Source: a virus
Taxonomy: Duplodnaviria; Caudoviricetes
Reading direction: 5' to 3' (one strand)
Virus record (IMG/VR): IMGVR_UViG_3300036832_001282
Location: 1 to 57,610 of that record
Length of the DNA: 57,610 nt
Shown: positions 38,541-46,875 of the stretch, piece after piece
Layout of the letters: each line of letters begins with the position of its first letter
Position numbering within the stretch: the first letter of the stretch is position 1
Made by a program: the position numbers and the translations under genes
Notes under the pieces: generated by a model
What the model saw: the letters and a program-made list of their open reading frames with translations, nothing else
The model's database searches: none
Told to the model about the DNA's origin: nothing

Positions 38541-40475
38541 CTATCCGATGAGTCGCGCTACGTCGATCTTCGGCTTCGCCAGTGGCGCGACACCCAAAGC
38601 CATCGCTAAAGCTACGAGTCCATCAATGCGGCCGGTCGAACGCTTCTTCGACAAGCGTCTGTTACTTGAATCCTTGCCGACATCACGCACGCCGTCGCGG
38701 CCTTCAACGATAACAGCATTTGCAACGCACATATTTAAAATCGGATTGTTACCGTGTGCGATCTCACGATCAAGAATGCGGCCTTCCAACTCGCGCAGCG
38801 CTGGCGACATCGAGGCGGTACCCTGACCAAACTCAACCCATTGCTCATCGATGATGCGCTCAGGAATGCCGCCTTGCACCAGCCACGGCCGCAGATGCTT
38901 GAAATTCCAGCGATCGAATGCGACCTTGCGGATTTTGTGAACTGATAGAATGTTCAGTATCTGCGGCACCACCTTGTCGTAGCTAACGGCGTTGCCGTCG
39001 ACCGTGTTGAGCAGACCTTCCTTGTACCATTGATCATAGGGCACGTGATCGGTGCGCGAGCGCTCGGCCAGTCCTTCATGCGGCAACCAGAACCACGGCC
39101 GCACATGCCAGACCCGATCAATTTTTCCAACAAGAACCATCGAAGTTAGATCGTTAGTTTCCGACAGATCGAGCCCGGCATAGACTTCCTTGCATTGCGT
39201 CAGATCACCAACTGGCATACCACACTTGGCCCACAACGCAGGCGCGATGAACTGAGAGATCGCCTCAACGCGCTGGTTCAGGATCAGGTTTCGAAACTCA
39301 GCCTCACGCGACGGCATGCGGCGAGCATCTTCCGCCATCGCCCGCACTTCCACCGGGTTCAAGAAGTGACCAAACGCCGGGTTCGCCAGCTTGATGGTGG
39401 CTTCTTCGAATGGCGGCAACGTAATCGGCGCAGTGTAGAGCCGGCAGACCACGCGCGGATCGTGACCGGCAATCGCATCCTCGATCAACACCGACAACAA
39501 ATCTGTGTCAGATGGAGCCTGCGTCGAGATGATAATCGACAATGGATTCTCTTGCGCGCCAGTCGCAGTCTCCAGCGCCTCGTACAGCTTCGAACGCGGA
39601 CCACGCACTTGACCTAACTCATCATGGACGATGAAACTTGGCGACAAACCATAAGCCGTCGAGGCTTCCGCCGATAGCGCGCGATAGTGCGTACCGACAC
39701 CGAAACATACTAATTCTTTGGTGCTTTCCTTGACCGTCACAGTGCCACGCAAGGCTGGCGACATGCGCACGATCTTGGCCGCCAGCATGAAGATCAACGC
39801 CGCCTGCTCGCGCGATTGCGCGGTCGAGAACAGCTGGCTGTTCGGCCGCGCCATCGGCCCGCAGAGATGCACCAGCAACAACACTGCAGCGAGCGCAGAC
39901 TTGCCGTTCTTACGACCAAAGCTGAGAATGGCGCGGCGGGTGCCGTGCGGATTGTCATAGATGTTGCGAAGCTCGGTCTTCTGCCATTCGTCGAGCCGGA
40001 AGGGTTGACCAATCAGCTTGCCTTCCGGGATGTAACACTTGCGCTCGATCCAATCGATGATGTCGTCACCAGTGGGTTTGCGATTGAATTCCGGTGCCAG
40101 CGTCGTCGGCGCTGAAGCGGGCGGCGGCCGGAAGAATGACACCACCACATCTGACACAGCTTCGGGCTCGTCCTCTGCAACCTCTTCGGCCCTGATCTCT
40201 TCGTCCTCCTCGAACACAACAGCAGCCTGCGCCGCCGGGCGCGGCGCTGGTGGTCGCGGTCGCGGCGGCGGCGGTGGCGGTGGCGGCTTTGGCGCTTTGG
40301 GCGGCTTCGGCTTCGGCGGCTTTGGTGGCTGCGGCTTCGGCGTCTCATCGCCGTCGTCATCTTCGTCGTCGCCCAACACATTGGGCAACAACTCGGTGTC
40401 GTCCGTCTCGCCCTGCCAATCCCGTATCTTCCGGCCACGCGGCCGGTTCATCCAATCGTCGCGGAGACGCGCCAC
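38541..40475 (-). CDS. terL: Terminase large subunit
   Basis: GRKNGKS Walker A, IVHDEL Walker B, IIISTQ, YAGLDLS, FDRW, RIDGLVALAMA. Confidence 0.95.
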   Translation of the reverse strand: MARLRDDWMNRPRGRKIRDWQGETDDTELLPNVLGDDEDDDGDETPKPQPPKPPKPKPPKAPKPPPPPPPPRPRPPAPRPAAQAAVVFEEDEEIRAEEVAEDEPEAVSDVVVSFFRPPPASAPTTLAPEFNRKPTGDDIIDWIERKCYIPEGKLIGQPFRLDEWQKTELRNIYDNPHGTRRAILSFGRKNGKSALAAVLLLVHLCGPMARPNSQLFSTAQSREQAALIFMLAAKIVRMSPALRGTVTVKESTKELVCFGVGTHYRALSAEASTAYGLSPSFIVHDELGQVRGPRSKLYEALETATGAQENPLSIIISTQAPSDTDLLSVLIEDAIAGHDPRVVCRLYTAPITLPPFEEATIKLANPAFGHFLNPVEVRAMAEDARRMPSREAEFRNLILNQRVEAISQFIAPALWAKCGMPVGDLTQCKEVYAGLDLSETNDLTSMVLVGKIDRVWHVRPWFWLPHEGLAERSRTDHVPYDQWYKEGLLNTVDGNAVSYDKVVPQILNILSVHKIRKVAFDRWNFKHLRPWLVQGGIPERIIDEQWVEFGQGTASMSPALRELEGRILDREIAHGNNPILNMCVANAVIVEGRDGVRDVGKDSSNRRLSKKRSTGRIDGLVALAMALGVAPLAKPKIDVARLIG

Positions 40476-40477
40476 TG

Positions 40478-41053
40478 TTAGTTCCTCGTGTTTTGATCAG
40501 GATCGGCTGGCGTCGTGATCGAGGCGTGACCCCAATCGGACCACGGCCGCTCGTTGGTAGTGTCGGTCGCTTTCGAGCCTGCCGTCTCACGCGCATAACG
40601 CGATTGATTAGTTAGCCGCAGCCGCGTCGCCAGCTGATCAGCGCGCGAAGTCTCAGCAGCGTGCATGCGATGCGCCTGATAAAGCTCTTTCCTCCACCCC
40701 GCCACCTGCTTCCACTGCACCTTGGTCGGCCGCGACATCGACTCAACCTGATTTATCCGGCCCCGCAACGCCGCGATATCGGCGGCGAACGCATCGGCAA
40801 AGCAGACGTGACGCACGTAGCCCTTGAGCAGTGGCCGGTTTTCGGAGGTAAACCAATCCACAGGTAGTCGCTGCACGATCGCATCCCACAGGGATACCTC
40901 TGCGGGTTCCAAGCCAAGGGGGGCAGGTTCCCTGAGCCCTGGTACGATGACACCCTCGGCCTGGAAGGCACTGCGGGTTTTTGGACCTCTGGTCAGCATG
41001 TATATCTCCTTGATATTGCGAGAGAATTCAGCATCCTGTATGAGTTCCTTCAA
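40478..41053 (-). CDS. terS: Terminase small subunit (start may be ~40999)
   Basis: Immediately upstream of terL; P..L...E...W..IV and LATRLRLTNQSR patterns of P27-type TerS. Confidence 0.75.
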   Translation of the reverse strand: MKELIQDAEFSRNIKEIYMLTRGPKTRSAFQAEGVIVPGLREPAPLGLEPAEVSLWDAIVQRLPVDWFTSENRPLLKGYVRHVCFADAFAADIAALRGRINQVESMSRPTKVQWKQVAGWRKELYQAHRMHAAETSRADQLATRLRLTNQSRYARETAGSKATDTTNERPWSDWGHASITTPADPDQNTRN

Positions 41054-41135
41054 ACAAATAAACCCCCGAATACAATCCTAACAAACAAACTTTTATGGAA
41101 AAAATCCTCGTAATTCGGACCGAAAACCCCTTTAA

Positions 41136-41148
41136 TATCAAGTACTTA
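41136..41148 (+). promoter_or_regulatory. IHF-consensus site in the putative packaging region
   Basis: TATCAAGTACTTA matches WATCAANNNNTTR; a 1-mismatch copy TATCAATAACATA lies at 41246-41258. Confidence 0.45.
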
Positions 41149-41448
41149 TTGAAAATACCTCCCAACAGGAGAGCGCCGCCGCGCCGGGGGAATGGAACCC
41201 TCCGAAGATTTCCCACACCCCCCTACCCCCGGAATTCTCCAACGATATCAATAACATAAGGATGCTTTTTAGGGTTCCTAGGAGTTCCAAGCGAGTTCCA
41301 CTCAGGCTCCCCCCTGAAAAATGGAACTTTTTAGGACCATATCCACTGATCGAAATATACCATCAGCATTTGATCCTAATCAACGCTAGTGTGTACGAGA
41401 AGCTCACTGATGCGCTGAAACGCGAGAGCTACCCACCTAGCGCCCACC

Positions 41449-41754
41449 TCAATCCAACGCACCACCAACGCCTACAGGCGGCTTTCTAGGACCATCCCAA
41501 GGCACCAATCGAAGCCCATCCGGACCATCTCGCACGTCGAGCTTGGCCAGCTTGCCAACCTTACCACGCAGACTCTGCGTTCCGCTGTGCTTCCAGCGCA
41601 TGATCAGTTCAACTTCAGGATCAACACCACGTTGAAGTAACAATCGCGCGCCATCTAACAAAGGTTCGCGCGCACACAACAGAAACTCACCATCCACATA
41701 TGCGTTGTAATACCCATCTCGTTTCTTGCGCTCTTCCACATCAAGAAACATCAC
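41449..41754 (-). CDS. Hypothetical protein
   Basis: 101 aa with GGA RBS; REPLLDGARLLLQRGVDP motif; co-oriented. Confidence 0.65.
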   Translation of the reverse strand: MMFLDVEERKKRDGYYNAYVDGEFLLCAREPLLDGARLLLQRGVDPEVELIMRWKHSGTQSLRGKVGKLAKLDVRDGPDGLRLVPWDGPRKPPVGVGGALD

Positions 41755-41778
41755 TTCGTCTCCACTCGCTTTGTCAGT

Positions 41779-42105
41779 TCACTTCGTCTGCCAGCATGGA
41801 TGCGACTTATCCACCGGCCAGCCATCTCGGCCAATCTCATTTGAGTAACCACGCTGCTCGATCACACGCTTGATCGAATCATGACATGACGCACATAATG
41901 ACTGCAATTCACCAAACTCAAATTTATGCCGATCACCTTGATGCGGCTCGACGTGGTCAACACATACAGCTGGCACCACCAAACTACGCGACTGCAAACA
42001 GATCACACACAATGGATGCTTAATCAGTTGCGCCCTGCGTCGCTTCTTCCAGCGATTCAAACCATACCACTGATTGCCTGGATTGGTGTGCTTCGCCATG
42101 TTCAT
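41779..42105 (-). CDS. HNH endonuclease, packaging-associated (HK97 gp74-like)
   Basis: WKKRR..QL..HPLCVIC...VDHVEPH...LQSLCASCHD; lies upstream of terS. Confidence 0.9.
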   Translation of the reverse strand: MNMAKHTNPGNQWYGLNRWKKRRRAQLIKHPLCVICLQSRSLVVPAVCVDHVEPHQGDRHKFEFGELQSLCASCHDSIKRVIEQRGYSNEIGRDGWPVDKSHPCWQTK

Positions 42106-42198
42106 CACTTGAAGTGAGCGAAGCGTCAGATCGCGGCGTCTGACGCCAGCCCATTTTTCCCGAGACGCAGAACCTGCACGAGAAAAATCCTGCAATGA

Positions 42199-42507
42199 TC
42201 ACGAACTGATAAATCGTGGAAGCTCGATAATCTCTCGGCAAGCAACGTCGCGATTGATGTTGGTTTCCTCGATGCGCGCTCGCATGCTGAGATGCTCGTC
42301 GACCAGCTGCATCAACTCGACTACTTGCGAATAGGCCGGATGCTCAGTCGCCACCACTCGCAGCTTGCGCGCCAGATCACGCAATGGGCTTTCATGTGTC
42401 ATGAACTGAAACTCGAAGCGCGCTGCGTAGCGCAGTCGATGCGAATTCTGCATCGTACTTCGCCTCCCAACCAGCGATCTATAACCTCGATTCGCCGCCT
42501 CGCGCAA
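42199..42507 (-). CDS. Hypothetical protein (start uncertain)
   Basis: Co-oriented ORF with a helical C-terminal half. Confidence 0.4.
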   Translation of the reverse strand: MREAANRGYRSLVGRRSTMQNSHRLRYAARFEFQFMTHESPLRDLARKLRVVATEHPAYSQVVELMQLVDEHLSMRARIEETNINRDVACREIIELPRFISS

Positions 42508-42527
42508 GAGCCCATGGTCATAAAATC

Positions 42528-43031
42528 CTACCTCGCTTCCACGTCAGAACTGGCCAGCAGCACTGGCACTTCGCGACCCAGCAACGCCAGCAAAACCCGC
42601 GATCTCTCAGCACCGGACAGCCCATCGTAAACCCCAAGCTTGCCCGCGAACGAACCACGCTTGATGCGCACCGGATCACCTTTCAGCAAGCCTCTCGGCT
42701 TCGGAAGTTGCACCAGACCATCATCGTCCTCGCGCTTGCGAATCGCATCCATGATCTTGTTCGCCACCTGCACTGGCTTGCCATCCGACATCAACAAGCG
42801 CACCACGCCAACGCTCCAACGCACCTCCCACCAGCGATCCATGATTTCAACAAACACATAGCCGGGAAACAGCGGCACGATCTTTTTCAACCTGCCTTGC
42901 TTGATCAGGATTTTTGGTAAGTAGGTTTTGAAGCGCGCTTGTTCGAGGAAGCGCGCAGCGACTCTTTCGCGCTGCGATTCAGTTTGCACGACTGACCAAA
43001 ACGACTTGGCTGATTGTCGCAACGATGCCAT
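42528..43031 (-). CDS. NusG/RfaH-family transcription antiterminator
   Basis: WSVVQT...E..AARFL, PLFPGYVFV, VGVVRLL (NGN domain); GDPVRIKRGSFAG..G...VLLALLGR (KOW domain). Confidence 0.9.
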   Translation of the reverse strand: MASLRQSAKSFWSVVQTESQRERVAARFLEQARFKTYLPKILIKQGRLKKIVPLFPGYVFVEIMDRWWEVRWSVGVVRLLMSDGKPVQVANKIMDAIRKREDDDGLVQLPKPRGLLKGDPVRIKRGSFAGKLGVYDGLSGAERSRVLLALLGREVPVLLASSDVEAR

Positions 43032-43681
43032 TGCTGTTCTTTCGCAGTCGCCCATCGACAGTTCTTAGGCTCATAATCTCCATTATTGTCAGGATAACGA
43101 TCAATGGAATGTTGCGGCGAAGGCTTCAATCCCATATCAACCAAAAAATTCTCGAAGCTGTCATTCCAACGCTTACATACTTTCACACCACGACCACCAT
43201 AATTAGAAAACTTATTTGTGCCAGGAACATTACAACGAGCCCTCATACCAAGCCACGAAGAATATTCAGAAGAAATACCAGAATCTCTAGCATGCCCATG
43301 CTTCGCGCGTTTCACAGATAATTCTTTATTCAAACAACCACATGATCCCGTATGCCCACTAGTTAAACTACCAGTACTAACTATCAAACTATTTCCACAA
43401 TCACATCTACACTTCCAACACGCTGCCTCATGCTTATCATTCTTAACACGTCGTAACACAATCAAACGCTTAAATTTTTGTCCTAACAAACTAGATGCTT
43501 TCAAACACTTTCCACAAGATTTACTTTTTCCACTGCGTAAATTCCCGCGACTAACTACTGCATCATTTCCGCAATCACAACGACACAACCAATACGCCAT
43601 TCCAGAATTTGAACTACCTTTTCGACTCAACACAAACAATCGACCAAAATGCTGTCCACACAAATCAATCAACTTGCTCAT
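42905..43681 (-). CDS. Putative homing endonuclease (CxCDCG repeats + HNH-like C-terminus)
   Basis: Two GQ.F.RL.VL...W.CRCDCGN repeats, YGGRG..VC.RW, SIDRYPDNNGDYEPKNCRWAT; noticeably AT-richer than neighbours. Confidence 0.8.
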   Translation of the reverse strand: MSKLIDLCGQHFGRLFVLSRKGSSNSGMAYWLCRCDCGNDAVVSRGNLRSGKSKSCGKCLKASSLLGQKFKRLIVLRRVKNDKHEAACWKCRCDCGNSLIVSTGSLTSGHTGSCGCLNKELSVKRAKHGHARDSGISSEYSSWLGMRARCNVPGTNKFSNYGGRGVKVCKRWNDSFENFLVDMGLKPSPQHSIDRYPDNNGDYEPKNCRWATAKEQQWHRCDNQPSRFGQSCKLNRSAKESLRASSNKRASKPTYQKS

Positions 43682-44271
43682 TTCACTTCTCCGTCTCGAT
43701 GCAACCAACACATCCTCGGATCACCACGGTAACCTGATTCAAACACAGCCCACACAAAATCCTGCGTGCCACCTCCAGGCTTATTGCCTGCCGCAATCCA
43801 CTGACCGGGCGGCATCGAAGGTCGCGGAGTTAAAAAATAAACTTTTTTCAAAGGCAAGTCACGCAGCCAATGCGCGGCGTTCAATCTCCGCGTCAGCATG
43901 ATCATCGCCACCTTGTCGGCAAACAACATCGCGTGCTCGCAAAATTCCTGTATCAGATCGAACGGCGGATTGCAGACAATCGACATCTGTTGCGGATCAC
44001 GACGCGCGAAGTGAAACATCTGCATGAAGTCTTTTCGCTCGAATGCACTATTCAACTTGTGGCGCTTGCGATTCACAATATCACTTCCACGAATCCCGTA
44101 ACCTGCCGCTTTCGCTGAACTGAGAATCGTTCCAATACCACATGCCGGGTCGTATATCGTTGAAGCAAACTCTTCAACTTCAAATAAACGTTCACTACAC
44201 CATGAAGGCTCGACGTACCAACCATCCTTGGCTTTCTCGAAAATGTGCGACTCACGACGGCGTTTCATCAC
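43678..44271 (-). CDS. Putative N6-adenine DNA methyltransferase
   Basis: WYVEP, YDPACGIG (SAM binding), IVCNPPF (catalytic). Confidence 0.75.
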   Translation of the reverse strand: MMKRRRESHIFEKAKDGWYVEPSWCSERLFEVEEFASTIYDPACGIGTILSSAKAAGYGIRGSDIVNRKRHKLNSAFERKDFMQMFHFARRDPQQMSIVCNPPFDLIQEFCEHAMLFADKVAMIMLTRRLNAAHWLRDLPLKKVYFLTPRPSMPPGQWIAAGNKPGGGTQDFVWAVFESGYRGDPRMCWLHRDGEVK

Positions 44272-45185
44272 TTCACCGATTGATGCACCGGCAGGGCAAT
44301 CCAACCAACAACAGCAAACTCTTTTATAAATCGCTTAACAGCATTACCCCAATAAAACAACGCTTGACCTTGCGTCACCTCATGTGGATCAACCAACGTA
44401 GTAAAAGTCATACGACCAGTATGAAAACAAATGGCGTCGGCAGACTGCGCCGCATCAGCAAACCATTTAGTCTCAGTACAATTATTCACCAACATAATTG
44501 CAGTCTTGACGTGCTTGTTCTCAATCTCAGTCAAAAGCTTAGCAACAAACTTCGCGACCACAGTACGACCAAACGGTGGATTGAGCCAAACTCGACCACG
44601 CCAATCCTGCTTGAGCGCATCATTCTGCTTACTGAAAAACTTCGTCGCCTTGACAATCCGCTGCGCTTCCGGACACGACGCCGGATCAAGATCGATCCCG
44701 CCAAGTGTTGTACGTGCTGATTTGATAATCGACGCTGGCGTGAAAAACTCGGCAAGACCCTGTTGCCGGATCGAACCGCGTTCGAGCATCGAGACAATTT
44801 TGATCTTGCCTTTAGTAACAGTCTTGGCAAAAGCATCTGGAGCTTTGAGGTCTTTACGCCAGCGATGGGCGGTGAGATCGCCGGGATCGTTGGCTGGTAA
44901 ACCACGTTTCAGTACAGAAACTTGGTTTTTGTTGCCGCGCCCTGGTCCTGCATGTGGAACTTCAGCCAGCGCATCCCGCCAGATCACATACTCGCGCTGA
45001 CACCGGAGCTTATACTCGACCGCAGCATGGGCGCGCTCGCGATCCTGCGAGGCGATGAAGGCATCAACGAAAACCTGCATCGCCTGAAGCTCGTCAAGTT
45101 TCTCCTCCGCTGCCGCTGTCGGCATGCCCGGCAACAACGCCGGACGTTGCGGCATCACCATTGGCACCGGATCGGATTTGCTCAT
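44268..45185 (-). CDS. Phage Dam-like N6-adenine DNA methyltransferase with N-terminal extension
   Basis: FFTP, IDLDPAS, DALKQDWRGRVWLNPPF, TETKWF. Confidence 0.85.
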   Translation of the reverse strand: MSKSDPVPMVMPQRPALLPGMPTAAAEEKLDELQAMQVFVDAFIASQDRERAHAAVEYKLRCQREYVIWRDALAEVPHAGPGRGNKNQVSVLKRGLPANDPGDLTAHRWRKDLKAPDAFAKTVTKGKIKIVSMLERGSIRQQGLAEFFTPASIIKSARTTLGGIDLDPASCPEAQRIVKATKFFSKQNDALKQDWRGRVWLNPPFGRTVVAKFVAKLLTEIENKHVKTAIMLVNNCTETKWFADAAQSADAICFHTGRMTFTTLVDPHEVTQGQALFYWGNAVKRFIKEFAVVGWIALPVHQSVK

Positions 45186-45858
45186 CGTAGCGGCCTTTGA
45201 TCCCCGCAATCTGCCCTCGCGTCAAACCAAATCTATCCCGAATCTCCACCGGAGCGAAACCCCGCTGCAGCATTTCATGTATCTGCCCAAGCATCTCAAC
45301 AGTGACTTTGACATTGACCAAATGCGAACTGATTTTTGACGTAACCCACTGCAGTTTGCCAGACCCGTCAATCAGCCAATCGCGCTTAATCCGCAAATGC
45401 GTATGCCGCTGCGTCCGCATGGTGTACTCGCTATAACCAAGCTGTTCACCGATTGCTTTCGGACTCAGACCCTCGTTGCATAAAACACGAATTCGTTCTT
45501 GATCAGCTAAATCAACTTTCTGCCGTGGCCCTTTACGTTTAGGTCCACGCTTATGCGTATGCTTATTTCGAAACTGTTGCGCCATATATTCCTGACGCAG
45601 TCTCAACAGCAACGCATTATCAGAAAAATCAGTAAAATCATAAACCGATTTATCAGGAATCTTCAGCGGATTGATCTTGTAGGTTTCCATCAGTCGCCTT
45701 GCGGCGGCTTCCGCAGCTTCGGCCTCACCGAGAGTCGAAGCTGCAGTTGCACGCCGCAAGCACTTCTGAAAACGTCGCAGATTCTCGAAAGTTTCGTTTT
45801 TAGTCGAGAACATGATTCTCATCAGCAGCTTGGCCGTTACCGGACGCAGTCGCCGCAT
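45094..45858 (-). CDS. Hypothetical protein (DUF2786-like N-terminus, HTH-like C-terminal parts); start uncertain
   Basis: KCLRRA...GEAEAAEAAARRLMETYKI; GLSPKAIGEQLGYSE. Confidence 0.55.
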   Translation of the reverse strand: MRRLRPVTAKLLMRIMFSTKNETFENLRRFQKCLRRATAASTLGEAEAAEAAARRLMETYKINPLKIPDKSVYDFTDFSDNALLLRLRQEYMAQQFRNKHTHKRGPKRKGPRQKVDLADQERIRVLCNEGLSPKAIGEQLGYSEYTMRTQRHTHLRIKRDWLIDGSGKLQWVTSKISSHLVNVKVTVEMLGQIHEMLQRGFAPVEIRDRFGLTRGQIAGIKGRYDEQIRSGANGDAATSGVVAGHADSGSGGET

Positions 45859-46366
45859 TGTCCGAGATTAACAGCTTGTGCTGAATGTCTTCCATGATCT
45901 CACCGATCACTGATCGCGGTTTCTGCCCGCGACTCTTCCACGTCGCCATCAGCGACAACGCTGTGTTCCCGGCATCCTCGCCAGCTTCGACGATCTTACT
46001 GCCGGTGATAACCGCAAGTTGACCACGCAACTGCGCCGCCGCGTTGATAACTTTACGAGCTTTAGTCTCTTCACTCACTTCGGCAGAACGCTTTGGTCGC
46101 GGCGGCCTGATCAACTTCTTGACCAGACTATTGATCACAAGATCAACGTAATTCGAACTACGAGCGCGCTTCAACCAACCCAAGAACACACCGTTGATCT
46201 GATCCTGGGTCAACTGAGCAATAACACACTTCCCCGAACACTCCGCAACCCAAGTGTCAACCAAAGTCTTGACGACTAGGCCATCTTTGCCGATCAGATT
46301 TTTAGGGGGTGCTGGAAGCGACTTCAACACTTCATCCGGTGAACTAACAGAAGCTTCGGCAGTCAT
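45800..46366 (-). CDS. Hypothetical protein
   Basis: 188 aa with GGAGG RBS. Confidence 0.7.
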   Translation of the reverse strand: MTAEASVSSPDEVLKSLPAPPKNLIGKDGLVVKTLVDTWVAECSGKCVIAQLTQDQINGVFLGWLKRARSSNYVDLVINSLVKKLIRPPRPKRSAEVSEETKARKVINAAAQLRGQLAVITGSKIVEAGEDAGNTALSLMATWKSRGQKPRSVIGEIMEDIQHKLLISDNAATASGNGQAADENHVLD

Positions 46367-46559
46367 AACAAACCTCCACCGATAAGTGAGGTCGTCTTAC
46401 ACGCTAGCCAGTTAACGGCCTACGGCCCTGGTTCTGCGACGCGCCTCGCCTTGCATCCCAAATCATTTCCGCCAAGGTGTCAATCCCTTTGTTTGTTTTC
46501 ACCATCCGGCGGGTGCGCGGACGTGCTCACGGACGTGGTCACGAGCACCTGCGCTTCCG

Positions 46560-46875
46560 CCTGTCAGTGTCGGGTGTGTACGGGGGCGGATGCCTAAGCT
46601 CATAGGAATAAGGATAGCTACCTAGGGTTGTATAGGGCTCTACTGAAGGTAGTATATGCATATATAATAATAGTTATTATAGATATACCATACACACCCA
46701 TACACAGTAGTTGTAACAGTATTGAAAACATTAAGTTTTTTGTCTGTGTACTGGGGTATTCAAACTGTTAGTTAGCCATACGCAGCCGTACGCACTGTGT
46801 ATTCTATTTGTTCTTTTAGGGTGTGTATGCCCCTAGGCGTGTGTCTGCCTCGGCCTGACCGGCACACACAAGGTT
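46560..46875. other. AT-rich intergenic region, candidate replication origin/promoter region
   Basis: Directly downstream of the primase; AT-rich core (TATATGCATATATAATAATAGTTATTATAGATATA) with scattered TGTGTA/TACACA copies. Confidence 0.45.

Noticed and set aside
46418-46458. Possible third GGY-NN fragment (minus: TGC AA GGC GA GGC GC GTC GC AGA AC ... GTAGGC)
   Set aside because: Too short, delimiter imperfect and no terminator; could be chance. Worth rescoring with an array-trained model.
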